In this document: positions 36,654-51,238 of the stretch, in pieces | Numbering within the stretch: position 1 is the first letter of the stretch | Layout: the number at the start of each line of letters is the position of its first letter | Assembly: GCA_002633005.1 (NCBI GenBank) | Contig: NMRA01000113.1 | Coordinates: 274,054-338,053, forward strand | Direction of reading: 5' to 3' | Source of the DNA: Phoronis australis | Lineage: Eukaryota; Animalia; Phoronida | DNA length: 64,000 bases | The notes under the pieces: generated by a model | What the model was told of the DNA's origin: nothing | The model's input: the letters and a program-made list of their open reading frames with translations, nothing else | Databases searched by the model: none | Program-made: the position numbers and the translations under genes

Positions 36654-37955
36654 ACCATAAGCCAGAACAGTTCGGAGCCGATAAGTCTCTGTTATTCGGG
36701 GGCACACTCAATCAATGAGCTATACAAAATTTTAATATTAATATAATTTATCTCATTGGACCACACTGGTTAACTGCTGGCGTGCGTTCAGTAGACGCTA
36801 GCGAACTGAACGGGAGGCCTTCACCAACAGATGACGCTTCGAAATTCATGTTTTGGCGCAGACGCATTCAGCTTGTTGATGGAGTCTTGAAAGTTGATGC
36901 CGACAGCTCTGCGGGGTGGTAGGTTTGTTAATTGTTGGTGTTTGACGTAGACAAGAAACGAATCATCTCATGTTGATAATCAGGTGGATTTAAAATGAAA
37001 TCTGCCTTTCTCGCTGGGCCAACCATTTCACTCTCGGTCATGTTGTGACATGCAACTTCCGGTAGGCAATTACTAGTACTAGTAGTGTAGTGTTCTACTT
37101 CTAGTACATCGCCCTGCCCTGGCTGCACAGGCGTACAGGGGCGATAGTACACCCCCATAAAAAGTTACTCATATCAGAGTGCAGCGAACAAAAGCGACTA
37201 AAAGATGCACTGGTCAGAGGAATCTCAGTGGAACGGATGCCCTAGCCACTAGCTCTTGAGAACTATCAAATTCACCACGTAACATTTTTCATTTTTTGTT
37301 TTTGATCAGAATTTTTTTTTTGTAGTGCTGCATGGAACTTATAGTCCTAATTAGAAGAGCAAAAAAAGATGAAACATAATATAGGAACTTAGCTCTTTGG
37401 CCACCATGAGCCAGAACAGTTCGGAGCCGTTCAGTCTCTGTTATATGATAATACGGGGCACACTCAATCAATGTTGAAAGCCTGCTTATTTTGAATGAAT
37501 TCACCAATAGATGATGCTTCGAAATTCATCTTTTGGCGCAGACGCGTCTTGAAAGTTGATGCCGATCTGCTGACTGGTCTGCAAGGTAGTAGGTTTGTTA
37601 ATAGTTGTTTGACGTAGACAAGAAACAAATCACCTCATGTTGATAATCAGGTGGATTTAAAATAAAATCTGCCTTTCTCACTGGGCCAAACATGGTGTTG
37701 TGACATCTAACTTCCGGTAGGCAATTACTAGTACATCGCCCTGCCGTGTCTGCAGGTACACCCCCATAAAAAGTTACTCATCTCAAAGTACAGTGAATAA
37801 AATCGACTAAAAGATGAACTGGTCAGAGAAATCTCAGTGGAACGGATGCCCTAGGCACTAAACATGGTGTTACCACTTAAATTAGATTACCAGTACTAAA
37901 CAAATGTGTGCAAGATGCTCTTGAGTATTATCAAATTCATCACCTAACATTTTTG
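36654..37955. repeat. Diverged tandem duplication (~620-bp unit)
   Basis: 36654-37290 aligns to 37403-37955; the unit start (37331-37390) also matches 35752-35810. Confidence 0.75.
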
Positions 37956-40133
37956 TTTTTGATTAAAAATTTGATTTATTTCTTAAACTTCATGTTTTTT
38001 CTATGCCTTTTATCTACACCAGGCAGAAAGTCCAACAAAGTTCTTATTAGGTGATTCAGACATCAACCAGCTAGCCTGCAGTTTTCAGAATTAATGCAAT
38101 GATAGCCTAAGAACAACACTTGATGACCGTGAGATAATTTCATTTATTACTTCGAATTTCTTCCACTATTTAGTGAATTATCTCCAAAGGGTTCCGGAAC
38201 TGACATGATCCAGAAGTGACTCATTGACTGTACAGAGCCTGTGGATGCCGAAGGCGTATAGGCGATGACCCATTGGATTGCTCAACTGATTTACTTTTTA
38301 ATTGATTAAATCCTACATAATATGTATGGAAACAGTTACCTGATTGAACATTTTCTCAGCACTATCTTTTCACAGTTCTGACACCTTGGTTGTGACCCAA
38401 ATGAGAATGCTCTACAAATTTGGCTTCTTGTATTGTCAAAAAAATGAAATAATATAGCAATTTTATATTTACAGTATTAACTGAACAACAGTATCACAGC
38501 ATGTCTGACGACCTACTTGTTATGCATATATATACCCTAAAACAGAAGGTTAAGTAATCATAGTTGCGTGGTGGTGTATTTGTGTTGAAATGATATATGT
38601 AGGTACGTCTGGTGGAGGATTGGTATATTTCATTTGATCCGTCATAAAGTAAAACAGCTAAGCGCCTCCAAACATGAAAAAGGTCGATTTGTGTTGTATT
38701 AGTCCTGTCCCAATTATTTGTATAGCTTCCTAAATGTGACTCATGTGTTCACTCTGGGTATGAGTTGTTCACACTAGATAACTGCACTTGATTATGACAG
38801 GGCTAATGGATGGGTCTGACCAGGTAAACAACAATAACAGAGCAAGTCCACTTCTGACATTGGAGTTCAGTCTTCGTTCTGCTACTGGTAGTCGCAGGTG
38901 GATTGATATCTTGTCTTGTCATCTGTTAACGGTTTGAAATTGTTGGAATTGTGTTCTGCTGTTCTGATGTTACTAAACTTTACTGGACTTCTGATTCCTA
39001 TTGTCATGTGAATGTTGCTTTTTGTTCGCTCATTAAAGTTATTATGACAGTTTTAATGTTTGATTAAATGTTGCAGTGTTATGGGTTTATCTTGGTTCTT
39101 AATTTACAACCATTGAGGAAACACAATGTCCATCTTGTTCTGTGCAGGTCATCCATGTTTGCTGAATGGATTTAAAGGACAAACCAAGAAATAGACCTTT
39201 TGCTGGGCAGTTAATGACATTGAACTTTTGTGGCATGGATAGTAAATACACCTCTTGGCAACAATAATTAATTCAAAAAAATGCCTCTCCAAGATAACCG
39301 GTGATCTGTATTTTTAGTATGGAACAGCGCTGTGTTCCCCTTTAAGGGCCAACACAGACAGAGAGCCATGTGCCTCGAATGCAAATGAGCTTGGGTCATA
39401 CCTCATGTCTGTGGCAAAGTTAACCTTCAGGATTTTGCTTCCCAAAGTGGTGAGGCAAATGTCTCACTTGTTGGATTTCTTTTATCTGGGGAACATACTA
39501 AATCTTCAAAGCATGCAGGCAAATAAACAAAGAGCTTATCAGATTACTTCTGGTATGCATCGAAAATTATTTATTCACCTGCCAACAACAAATCTTTTTC
39601 GCTGGTTTATTTTAATTGTGTTGGTATATTGCCTTGTTATGTGTGGGTAACACTGAGGTGAGGTAATGTCACTTGAGGCACACTGTTCAGCTCTTAGCTG
39701 TCCCTCTGCGCTGGCAGTGAGGACTAAAGTGAACGAAGATGTATAACTAAAGCTATGATAAACCATGTTTGGTAGTTGTCAAAAAACTTCACTTCTGCTA
39801 ATGCTTTGTGAAATGCATTCTTATCTTTTAATTGTATTGAGATTGGAATAATAGTAATTCCGTTAATGGCCATAATGACTGCTTTCGCTGCTGAAGCTAA
39901 CTTGCAACTTTTGGTTTAAGACCACACTTGCTGACGCCTTGGAATTACTTTCATGAGTTGTGTTTATACTGAAGGCATGGGTTCATTGCGCCTTTAAGGG
40001 TTGATCTAGTGGAGGACTTCCTGTAACTAGATCTGTATTCAACAATATTGTGATTATGCAGTATTGTTATCGATTGTTTGGAATTCAATGTTCACTAATT
40101 GTTGTGTGCTTGTGTTGTAGGAGAACAATCCCA

Positions 40134-43100
40134 ATGATGGGCTACGATGAAACAGATGATCTGCCAGATAAAGATGAAGCCAAAGAGTTCTATGCAAAAT
40201 ATGAACCAAAGGAAGTGTTGGGAAGGTGGGTGTCCTGTGTTGGCGAACAAAAACGGGGGAAAGATTGCTGCTATGAGTGTTAACTAGTTGAGTTGGCGCT
40301 TATTGAATCTTTCCACTTTTTACAATTCTGAAGTAAGAATTATGTCATAAATGCAGGTCTAACTGTGACGTCACCATCATCATTATCTAACTGTTGGGCT
40401 TATGGGCAAACAATGGGGGTCATGTAGCCCAAACACAGCTCAAATATCTTAACGGAATACTTGCTTCAAGTGTAACAGCTCAGGTTTTTTTCATCTTTTG
40501 TTAACTGATTACTTTACACTCTTTGCAATGGCCCATATGTTCTTGTCATGCTTCCACAGTGCCCTACATCATTGAAAGATCAGTCACATGTTTCTTGTTC
40601 AAAGTCTCAGTGATCAACTGACCTTATTATGGGCATTAATTAGCACTGATAATAAAAACAGGTGATTAGGTTTGTTGAGAGGCGATTTGATACATTAGGA
40701 GGACAACTTTATCAGTGAGCATTAACCTGGGGTAATTGCATTTAAACAACTGTTCTGCTAATTTAAGAAATACAGAAAGTTTTGTTTGTGTTATCCTTGT
40801 GTTGCTCTGACGAGGAACATTAAAAAGTTAGCAACATCATGAACAACTTTTCTGTAGCTTTTTCCACAGCAAAACCAATCTCGTTAGTGGTGTTAAACCT
40901 ACTCTGGAGTTCCGAATAGTAGTAGAGACAGCAATAATAGTATAGACTGGAAAATTTCACGATTTTTAATAATAGTAGAGACTCTAATAATAGTATAGAC
41001 CCAACATTTTTGCCACTAGAAAAGTAGAATAATAGTATAGACCGGAAATGGTCGAAAAAAAATTAATAATAGTATAGAATGGAATAATGGTATAGACGGC
41101 AAATTTGTGGAAATTTAAACATAGTATAGACTGGAATAATAATATTGGTTACAAATTTAGGTAAAATCTAATAATGTTATAGAAGAGAATAATAATGCAA
41201 AACAGCAAATTCTTAGGAATAATGGTATAGACGGGAAATTTGTGGAAAATTAAAAATAATATAGACTGGAACAATAACATTGATTACAAATTTGCGTAAA
41301 ATGTAGTAACGGTAGATGGAAATAATAGGAAGTGCAAAATCTAATAATGATGTAGATGGGATTGGAATAATAATGCAAAGAAGCATATTCTGTCTGACTT
41401 ACCACCGCTATAAGTAATTGTTTCAAAGAAAAACTTTTAAATTGAAAACTAGCATAGTTAAATTATTGCAGTGGTGTATCCACACATGCCATAACATAGT
41501 ACAGTGAAGTGGAATAAAGTGTCATTGCTAAAACAAAGACCATTCGTTTATTCAATAACTTTAAATGGAAGTCTNNNNNNNNNNNNNNNNNNNNNNNNNN
41601 NNNNNNNNNNNNNNNNNNNNNNNNNNNNNNNNNNNNNNNNNNNNNNNNNNNNNNNNNNNNNNNNNNNNNNNNNNNNNNNNNNNNNNNNNNNNNNNNNNNN
41701 NNNNNNNNNNNNNNNNNNNNNNNNNNNNNNNNNNNNNNNNNNNNNNNNNNNNNNNNNNNNNNNNNNNNNNNNNNNNNNNNNNNNNNNNNNNNNNNNNNNN
41801 NNNNNNNNNNNNNNNNNNNNNNNNNNNNNNNNNNNNNNNNNNNNNNNNNNNNNNNNNNNNNNNNNNNNNNNNNNNNNNNNNNNNNNNNNNNNNNNNNNNN
41901 NNNNNNNNNNNNNNNNNNNNNNNNNNNNNNNNNNNNNNNNNNNNNNNNNNNNNNNNNNNNNNNNNNNNNNNNNNNNNNNNNNNNNNNNNNNNNNNNNNNN
42001 NNNNNNNNNNNNNNNNNNNNCGAACCCGTCCAAAATAACATTCTGGCCGTCCAACAGAAAGCCGCTGCGTAAACCGTTGCTTGGGAGTCCGATTATTTTA
42101 CGCTTTGAAACGTACAGTTGTATATTTTGGCGAATAAAATCTTTTAATGTGTATGACATGCGACTTCCGTGTGTAACGCGCAGTCGTATATAGCTCTTCT
42201 AAATTACGAAATCAGAACCTAGTGTCTCGTGGTCTAGATGTTTAGAGCGAAGACACAACATTTTACGGCCAAGGTACGATACCCGGTGTCTATAGCTAAG
42301 TTTTGGAGTAACAAATTTGTAATGAATAAAACAAAAATTGAGAACTTGCTGAAACAAATAATCGTGGAGAGTGGAAAAAAGTTAGAAAATTAATAAACGT
42401 AGAGACCCGAATAAGCTTCGTATAGACCGGAAAACGAGTCTGAAAAAAATAATCGTATATATACGACTATTCGGAACTCGAGAGTAGTTATTGCCTACTC
42501 GAGCACAACTGTTATCTTCAAGTGAAATTTAGTTTCTATCAAAAACCCCTGTGACAATGTATAAACTGTTTAACTGTAGTAGCCATAATGTGATAATAAA
42601 TGTCATGCCTGGTGCTTTCATGAAACCCCCTGGTGGCAATTTTATTTCTGTGCCTTCGGAGTTCCTTAATGAATTTTCATGAAATTTGGCTAATAGGTCT
42701 CTGTTAAGAAGATGACCATGGCTTTCCATTTTCAGACAGATTTAAAAAGTTTTGAGGCTGTTTTTGTGCATTCTTCTTTCTATCTGCCAAACTGCTTGAA
42801 GGACCATTATGAAAAGTGGTAGATGTGTTCCTGATGAGGATTCCATGACTGACGGTCATTCTTGGATGGTTTCATTTACTCTGGTGCCCCGTAGTGGTGA
42901 TTTTTGTTTTAACTCAGTGGCTGTATTTCCTTAAACCTTTGCAGGACCTCTGTGAAATTTGGCAGATTTTTTTCAATGGAGCTGACAACTGATGATGACA
43001 AGTTTCAGACCAATATGACTACAGGTCCGTTCTCTAGAGACAATTTTTTAACGTTTTCCTTTGTATTTTCGCAGTTTCTTTGTTGGATTTTTGTTTTAAA

Positions 43101-46100
43101 TTTAACAGTATATTAATAAAATGACGATGTCTTCCCATTTTTTAACATATTGGTCGTGTTATTTGCCACATGGAGGCTGTATTTTGGTATTTGCCTATTC
43201 ATCTGCCAAACCTCTCAAAAGGTCATTATGAAACTTGGTTAATGCGTTATCATTGGTGACATTGATTTTTGCATGGGTCTGACAGCTGTGTCCTGGTGAT
43301 AATTTTGTCGAATTTGCATCCATGGCTATATCTCCTTAATTCTGTGCAGGATCTTTGTGTCATTTGGAAATGTTTTCCTATCAATCTTGCAATGACTGCC
43401 CGTGACTCCTCGACGGCACTGTCTAACGATGTGACCTCCAGTGCAAATGTACTTTCTGTGTTTGCCTCAGTATCTTCAGAGTTCCTTGGTGGTTTTTCAT
43501 GAAATTTGATGAACAAGTTTCTATTATCAATAAATCAACATTTTTACATTTGGGATGGATTTGATGTATTCCGCACCACCTAGTGGCCAGTTTTGTTGTT
43601 TTCATTTTTTTGTCATCTGCCTCAGTATCCGCCAAACCGGTGAGAAGATAATTATGAAATTCAAGAATTTCATTTTAGGCATTGCTGTCATTTTTCAAGT
43701 GCATTATGGTGCTCGCAAACATTCGATGACATCATAGAAACTTGGTAATTTTGTAAAAAATATGACGGAAAACATCCCTTGTCACTTGAGCTCACCATAA
43801 TTAAAAGCACGGTTCACTGCAACAGGCTTTTTGATGCAAGTATGACGAAACAACAATCATATAAGAACAAAAAATTGAAGCGAACTACTAATGCATGAAA
43901 GATTCTTGAGGCATCATCCAATCATGCTTAAGTTAAATCTCACCACCTAAGACACCAGACCTGCGTTCCGTAGACCCAAGAAATTTACGAAAATACAAAA
44001 TTATTACAAGGAAAGTACGTGATTACTCTAGCTTCACTCTCTAAATTCTTAATCTATGGAACAACTCTCAGGTTTATACGTGCTACCAAGTTTTCAGTGA
44101 TGTCAGTGGATGTTTACAAGCTGACATCTCTCCCACAATGCATTTGAAAAACGACCACCAAAGCCGGTAGTGAGGAAGTTTTGTCGTAAATGAAATTTCT
44201 TATATATTTTAGCCTGCTAGGATCACGGATTTAATTTCTTGGTTGTAATTGGTTGTCGTATTGTGTTTGTCAGGGGGGTGAGTAGTACGGTTCGGCGGTG
44301 CGTGGAGAAGACCACTAACAAGGAATACGCTGTGAAAATCATTGACATTAGTACAGAGAAGATGTCAGAACACCAGGCCAGTGAACTCTATACGTCAACA
44401 AAGAAAGAGGTGACCATACTCAAGGAATGTGCAGGACACAAGCATATTAGTAAGTGACCGAGTGAGCACAGTCACTAATTGTATGTGTAGTAATTAGCAA
44501 GAGCAGCTGTAAATACACACTGTTATGGCTTCACTAATTATTATTAGACTGCACACAATGTTTTTGTTACTGTTGCAGCATTGTTAGTATGTCTGCTGTG
44601 ATATCCGCTGAATATTGTATTCTGTACAATATGAATTTATTGAAATAAACATAGAGCAGATACTGGTTTATGTAAGAAATGGATAATTTTACTATACGAA
44701 ACAACAGGTTGTGTGCTTCTCTACTCCACTTTGCTTTGGATTTCAATTTTTAGGCATCCTTGTATTTATATGCATATCTCTGGAGTATGTTAACAGATTT
44801 TCATGAAATTTCATGCAGATGTTTATAAGAGAGCCAACAACACTGTCCCATTGTCGGATGGATTTGACTTATTTTTCCTCACCTTTTGGTCATTAATTAT
44901 TATTTTTTTGAGTTTTTGATATCCGCCTCTAACTTAAAGATCATTACGAAAACTGACATATGATATGTGTTTCTTTTGGGAAATGCATGGCTGATGGTGA
45001 CTTGGACAGGTCTGACTGCTGTGGTGCCCTCTAATGGCAATTTTTTCTTTGATTCAATTTCTACTAAGTTCCTCGATGGTTCTTCATTGTGTTTTTATTG
45101 AGAATTGAATTTGGGTCAAATCCTGCTACTGTGGCAGTAGTTTTGTTTTTCTTTGCGTTTATCTCAATATCTAACGATTTCCTTGGTGAATGTTCATGAA
45201 ATTTGGCAAATAAATTAATATCATGTGAACGACAGCACATTAGCCTTGTTTCAGTTAGATTTGACATTCATTTTGCCTTTTTATTGTTTTTTTCTTAAGT
45301 TATTTGTTGTCTGCCTCCCTATCCGGCCCCTAGAGCAGTACTGTAGTGGTAAAATTAGAGGTAAGTAGGCGCCAAAAGCCCACCACATCACCTTGAGCAC
45401 TGAACGTAACTTACGGTGCATAGGCAATACGTTCAAATGCCAAAAGGTGGTTGGCTGCGCCTACATGCACCTATGCCCCACTACAGCACTGCCCTAGAGG
45501 CTATTATAAATTTACTACCTTTGCTCCCTGTAATGGCAATATTTAAAATATTGATATTCCCTTGTATCAATACTGCTCTTGGGGAATATGTTGTGATTCT
45601 ATATATTCATGATTTTAATATTAATAGTTACAATATTTATTTCCTTTCAGTTGAGCTACATGATGCGTTTAAAAGCCCGACATTTTTTTTCCTAGTATTT
45701 GAGCTGTGAGTATTATTGCCCTGCATATCATTTTAGTTAAAAGGACAATGTGCAAAATGCAAACTGAAATTCCAAATTTTGCTCAAAATCTCATTTCCAA
45801 TATAGAAACCAAAATTCAGTATCATATTTCTATCGTGCAAAATGAAAATTGAAAATCTGAGTTTTGCTCAATTCGTTTTTCGTGAAATGTGAATTGTAGG
45901 AACCGTGTTTCACCTTCATTATCGGTTCTCAGCCTTCTGAGTCAAAAGTGGACATGATAACAGAACGCTGCATGATGCCAGAAGTATCCATTAATGTATC
46001 AAAGTATTACTAACAAGGGAACAAGTTTTTTCTTGGACACATCAAACTTCACTTAGGTGTTAAATGACACTGACATTGAAAAACTACTTTGACGACTAAC

Positions 46101-49100
46101 CAAGACAAAGACCCAAGTGCGTTCACACAAATGAACTGAATATAGATTGCACTGCTGTTCGAGGATGTTCATGGTGGAATCATGCATTTCGTTAGCTGCG
46201 GTCTCTTGTGGTAGCCACACCTACTACCCATGTCAGAAAAGATAAAATAGCAATTTTGGGGTGTTCAATGGATAAAAGAATCTTGTGAAAAAGAAAATCA
46301 TGCAAGAGCACTCAAAATCACGGGAGTGAACGACAAATGTTTTATGAGTTTGCTCAAATCATGGCGGACATTCAAATCAAAGCAATTTCATTGGTACCCC
46401 AACGCAATTGCCTGTTCTGGTAGCCATGTTGACTGTACTGAGGGAGGAGAAGTGGGTCGTATTGATGTGATATGACAATACTGTGACTGACTTGACATGT
46501 CACGACACTTATGAACTTGATTGTATTCTTAGACGGCTTTTAGTTTTTCAATTTTGGCTTTGCATATTGGAAGTGGGATACTAAACGAAAATTGAATTTT
46601 CAATTTTTATTTTGCTTTTAAAATTGAATTAACTGAAGGTACTGTGATTATTGTCTTTAGTGTGTTTAAATCTCACTATAATGGAACCCTTTATTAAATT
46701 GACTTTATTTAGTTGTATAAGGTAGATTGTCTCTCATGTGAAGTATATTGCACATTCGTTGTTATTCAGGTGCACCAAAGGGGAACTATTTGACTTTTTA
46801 ACCCAAGTGGTTGCTCTATCTGAGAAGCGAACACGATTGATAATGAGACAACTACTGGAAGCTGTTGAATTCATACATGAAAAGGGTATTGTTCATCGAG
46901 ATCTCAAGGTTTGTGGTATTTACTTGGAGTACAACACTGTAAGCGGTGGGAGTTAAAGTATACCAAAGTACTGAAAGCTGCTGGAAAATATATTGATGGC
47001 ATGATCTTTTAGTTGACATCTGTGTGGCTAATGCAGGAGTGTTGCCAAGCAGACCTTATCTGAGCTGCATCCTGTTGTCAGTTTTAGTATTCTGTTTTTT
47101 GTTCTTTGGTGTCTCCCACTCTGAAAAAATACTTGGTGTTTTCAAGAAGTTAGGCAGATATGTAGCAGAATCATACATGTAAGCTTTCTTTCTCAAAATC
47201 TTTTAATACCTATCATAATCTTTTAGATTTCGACAATGCCTCCATAAAATCTGTTCCCAACATGTTATCATTGTCCAACTTTTTACTCTGCAGCCTGAAA
47301 ACATTCTTCTTGATGAAGAAAAAAATGTGAAGTTGTCAGATTTTGGGTTTGCAACGTTCATCAAAGAAGACACGCAACTACAAGGTTAGTATAGCAGCTC
47401 GATGATGTGAAATAAGCCTAACCAACAGGTGGCTTCACAGTGACATTTGTAATCACTGTCTGATCAACAGGGAGCATCACTGTAACATCTGTAATCACTG
47501 TCTGGTCAACAGGGAGCATCACTGTTACATCTGTAATCACTGTCTGATATGACATTGATGAGCCACTATTTAACTGTGCGAGTGTTACTCTTTGGCGCAC
47601 ACATTGAAATTGTCTTCCACACTGCAGTTAAATCTTGGGTGCGTCTTGCTCAAGTCTGTGGCCTAACAAACTAGTTATGAACTCGGGCTATCTTCCTTAA
47701 TTTCCTATTACGATCGCCACTAATTGGTTGTTCATTCCACTGTGCAGATCTGTGTGGTACACCGGGATACTTTGCTCCAGAAATGTTACAAGCCAATATG
47801 TTTGATTCAGCACCCGGGTATGGACGGCAGGTTGACATGTAAGTGTATTAAATAGTGAAAGCGAGAAGTGTTTTTTTTCCTCGTATACATAAATCTTTTT
47901 ATCCATCAGCCTATGATATACCATTGACTTTTGCCATAAATTTAAGGAACAACAAATATCTGACCACTTTTATACATAGTACACAATCATATAATTCCTT
48001 GAGTTAATGTCTAGGACTTTGGGTTTATATTTACTGTATTTTATTTTTATGTACAGTTAAATTAACAATCCCTTAAAGCTTTTTCCTGTTTATTTGCAAG
48101 GCAAGCAATTGTCAAAAACATGGTTTTGTGTCTCTTTTTATTTCGTTCTGTTTTCTTACAGGTGGGCATGTGGAGTTATAATGTATACATTGTAAGTATT
48201 GGCGGTTTTGTAATTCTTGCTTTAGTCATATTGATAAATTTAGGATGCACATCTTTCTAAAAGCTACCAGTTAACCAATGACAGTTGCCCAGAAGATGTA
48301 CACTGCAAAGGCCTGTTGGCACTCGTGTGGGAGTATTGAGGGTACAGTGTATGTTTCCATGGCGACTGAATATGGATAGTGCAAGGTAAAAATTACACTT
48401 TAGAAAAAATGGAATGTGTTTATGTTCACGTGCCTGTGAATTATTTAAACACAAGAATGCAGGCATTCTCTTCGTCTCACCTTTTTATGCAAATGACCAC
48501 CTGTGCATAACTTATTTACAGCTTGAAAGTTTTACCCTTGGGCATTGGGCTATTAAGACCAAAAGGTGCTCATTTCCACATCAACGCCCTGGGTCTTATT
48601 TCTTTACAATCATCATTACAAGTGCAATGTGCACTTCACACTGACCATAAGATGCTGTACTTGTTAACTACAATTAATTACGTTGGTGAAACTATCTGCA
48701 TTATAACCCGAGTGAATGATCCAAGAGGTCATGTGACAACAACTGTCAATTACATGACTTGGTAGCGGCTGCAGAATAAGGGTTTTATTAGTGATTGCAA
48801 ACATGTTCTGTTGTTTAGGCTTGTTGGGTGTCCACCATTTTGGCATCGCAAACAAATGATGATGATCCGTGCCATCATGAATGGCTGGTATACCTTTGAT
48901 AGTCCTGAGTGGGATGACATTAGTGAATCAGCCAAAGATATTGTAAGTATTTAAATTAGTTATTTGGGGAGAATTTTTAGATGTCAGGCAGTTTATGTAA
49001 TATGATTGAATCGTATCTTTCGTAGTTTGGGCCTCTTGTGGTCTTGTCGTTTTTCATGTTATATATGGGGCATATTGTTAACCTCACTGTGATGATGTCT

Positions 49101-50337
49101 GGTGTCTGACATTCACTGTTGTATCTCCTCAGTTCCTTGAAGAGTTTGAAAAATATTTGTGTTGCCTCTTGCCAATCGTTTGAAAAATAGTGTCTCATGG
49201 TAATAAAGGTCTTAATAGGCTTTGAAAGGCATCAATGCTATTGTTTGTTTGATGCAAGAACTAAACATTTGTTTATGCTCTAGATATCCAAGTTACTAGT
49301 GATAGATCCAGCCTCGAGATTCACAGCTCAACAAACATTGGCTCATCCGTTCTTTTCACGGGAGGTAGGTTGAATAACCCAGATCAACGTTAAAGAGTTG
49401 ATTTGCTCACAACAAAGTTTTCAGTATTTTGTTCTTAATTAAGCAAATTGTTGGTATACTTGGTTATTGTGTACTTAAACATTTAAAGTGGCAAAAACCC
49501 ACCTTTCATCACAAAAAACAACTTTGGATTTAGACCACTTCCTGTTGTGAAATTGATCTCGAATTATTCCTGTTCAGGTGAATTCAGGGCTTCGATAGAA
49601 CCGACTGTTCATTTTTGCCGGAGACCAGGTTCTACAAGTTGATTAGTCATGGCTGATCATATTGTGCTCAGCACGTTCTCCAGGAATAATGAACTATCAG
49701 ATCTTTGCAAGTGCAGAATGCACTTCTTATCTGACCGTGGAACAAGTCAAGACCTATTTTATACTGGAGATAGTCCAAATCACAAGTTTGGTTTTTGATG
49801 GGAATCAGAGTTTATAGCCCCTTTAAGAGAAAGTGCATCATATTGAATTGTTAGAGTGCATTATGTCTGGTTCAGGTCAGATCACAGTGAGTTTTCTGCT
49901 GCAACACCTAACCATGTGGTTCTACTTCTTGTGCATTTATAGCGCCATCTGCAGTAATTTATCAGACTTTTAGTTTGGCCAAGTGGAGTAAAAGAAACTC
50001 ACTTTGTTTTATATTGTAAAATGTGGTATGTTTGCAGAAACAAGGCTCAAAAGAGTTCTTCCCTAGAAAGCAATTTAAAGCTGCCATCATTGCCGTGTCG
50101 TTTCTATTCCGCTTGAAACTGATGCACCTTTACCCCCCACCAATATCTATGCAGCAAGTAAAGAACAACCCTTATTCAATACGTGCACTACGCAAGATCA
50201 TGGACAACTGTGCATTTAAGATGTATGGACACTGGGTGAAGAGAGGAGATGATCAGAACAGGGCAGCTTTGTTTGAAATGAAAGTCAAGAGGGACTTGAA
50301 AAACGCATTGATGAGCAAAACCAATGTGGTTATATGA
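40134..50337 (+). CDS. PHKG: Phosphorylase b kinase gamma catalytic subunit (PHKG1/PHKG2 co-orthologue), 392 aa
   Basis: Ten GT-AG coding exons in phase: 40134-40225, 44274-44449, 45651-45705, 46770-46908, 47294-47384, 47748-47838, 48162-48191, 48819-48942, 49284-49364, 50038-50337 (1179 nt). Motifs [58 protein letters not shown], and the PHKG C-terminal [20 protein letters not shown]. Confidence 0.95.
40902..42484. mobile_element. Tc1/mariner-type non-autonomous element in PHKG intron 1 (spans an N-gap)
   Basis: TIR CTCTGGAGTTCCGAATAGT / ACTATTCGGAACTCGAGAG, TA on both flanks, subterminal AATAATAGTATAGAC repeats. Confidence 0.75.
42600..43700 (-). repeat. Diverged HINE-family ~150-bp array (relatives at ~44760-45320, ~55030-55370 and ~56040-57000)
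   Basis: Shares TTTCATGAAATTTGG, CC(N)CTAGTGGC and CCAAAC..CT motifs with the young HINE copies. Confidence 0.65.
45336..45491. mobile_element. hAT-type MITE
   Basis: TIR CAGTACTGTAGTGG / CCACTACAGCACTG; perfect 8-bp TSD CCCTAGAG (45328-45335, 45492-45499). Confidence 0.85.
47440..47548. repeat. 42-bp minisatellite (~2.5 copies) in PHKG intron 5
   Basis: Unit ATCTGTAATCACTGTCTGATCAACAGGGAGCATCACTGTAAC. Confidence 0.8.
49487..49822. mobile_element. Kolobok-type MITE
   Basis: TTAA on both sides; imperfect TIR AGTGGCAAAAAC / GTTTATAGCCCCT; a related end lies at ~51060-51108. Confidence 0.55.
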
Positions 50338-50677
50338 AAAAGGATTGATGTTTACGAGGCTAAAGTGCAGAAAGAAAATTCAGTTTAGAACACAGAATGG
50401 TGGGAAAGTGAGATTTCATTTTCTCAAATTTGTCAGTCAACAAAAAATACTTAAAGACTTGTTACTTCATTGCTAACATGGCTTGCATGGTCCAACAGTC
50501 ACTGAACAACAATTGATGCAGTTTTGAGCGCTTGCAGTAATGTAGTTAAGTTGGGAAAACTGGCAACTTTAGGAATTTTTCGTTCTGAATGGAATTGTTT
50601 AGTGCATTGCTCTTTAGGTATTTATTTATTGTTCAAGTAAACTGGACATTTTGTGGAATTTTATTGTAAGTTATAAA

Positions 50678-50683
50678 AATAAA
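50678..50683 (+). terminator. Candidate polyadenylation signal of PHKG
   Basis: First AATAAA seen ~340 bp after the stop codon. Confidence 0.45.
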
Positions 50684-51232
50684 TTCATTGAACCGAATCA
50701 AATATTTCTATTCATAGTAATAGATTCCATGTGGGAAGTATTATTTGAATTGCCACTGCTGTTTTTTCTCCAAATATAACTAGGGCTGCAGCCAGATAGT
50801 ACCTGAACCTCAGCCCACTAAAACCATAAGTAAAAACTTCTGATATAGTTGTCCAACAGATGCCACAAATAGGTCCCTACCATGAACTGATTACAATAAA
50901 GAGCCTGGAATTTCCGATGGTCATACTGTGTTGATGTCTGTAGCTAACCCGCCATGACAAGCAGTTCATTGGGCTTGGTCTGAAGCAAATAACAACTCTC
51001 CGTTATTCTCAAACTAAATGCTATTTCTAATTTCAGTAAGGATTGAGATGAGAATGGCTTTAAAATAGTGGTCTAGATCAAAAGTACTCTCGTGTTTATT
51101 GCCCCTTTAAAATAGAACCCCCAAAACTGAAGGCAGCAGTGTTTGGACAAAAACAAACACATTGCCATTGATTACATAACCTCTGTGGTGGAGGTTATCC
51201 TATGATGAAAAGGAAAATCTTAAGTAAAACAT

Positions 51233-51238
51233 TTTATT
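51233..51238 (-). terminator. Candidate polyadenylation signal of THOC6
   Basis: AATAAA on the minus strand ~740 bp after the stop codon. Confidence 0.4.

Noticed and set aside
38700-39000. Possible non-coding first exon or promoter of PHKG
   Set aside because: An upstream exon is implied by the acceptor at 40120, but its position cannot be fixed without transcript data.
40920-41400. AATAATAGTATAGAC repeats with variable spacers resembling a CRISPR array
   Set aside because: Repeats are short, degenerate and irregularly spaced; they lie inside a TA-flanked TIR element in a eukaryotic intron; no cas genes are present.
41463-42193. Long ORFs of 157-229 aa
   Set aside because: Artefacts of the N-gap (poly-X); the same applies to 52029-52587.
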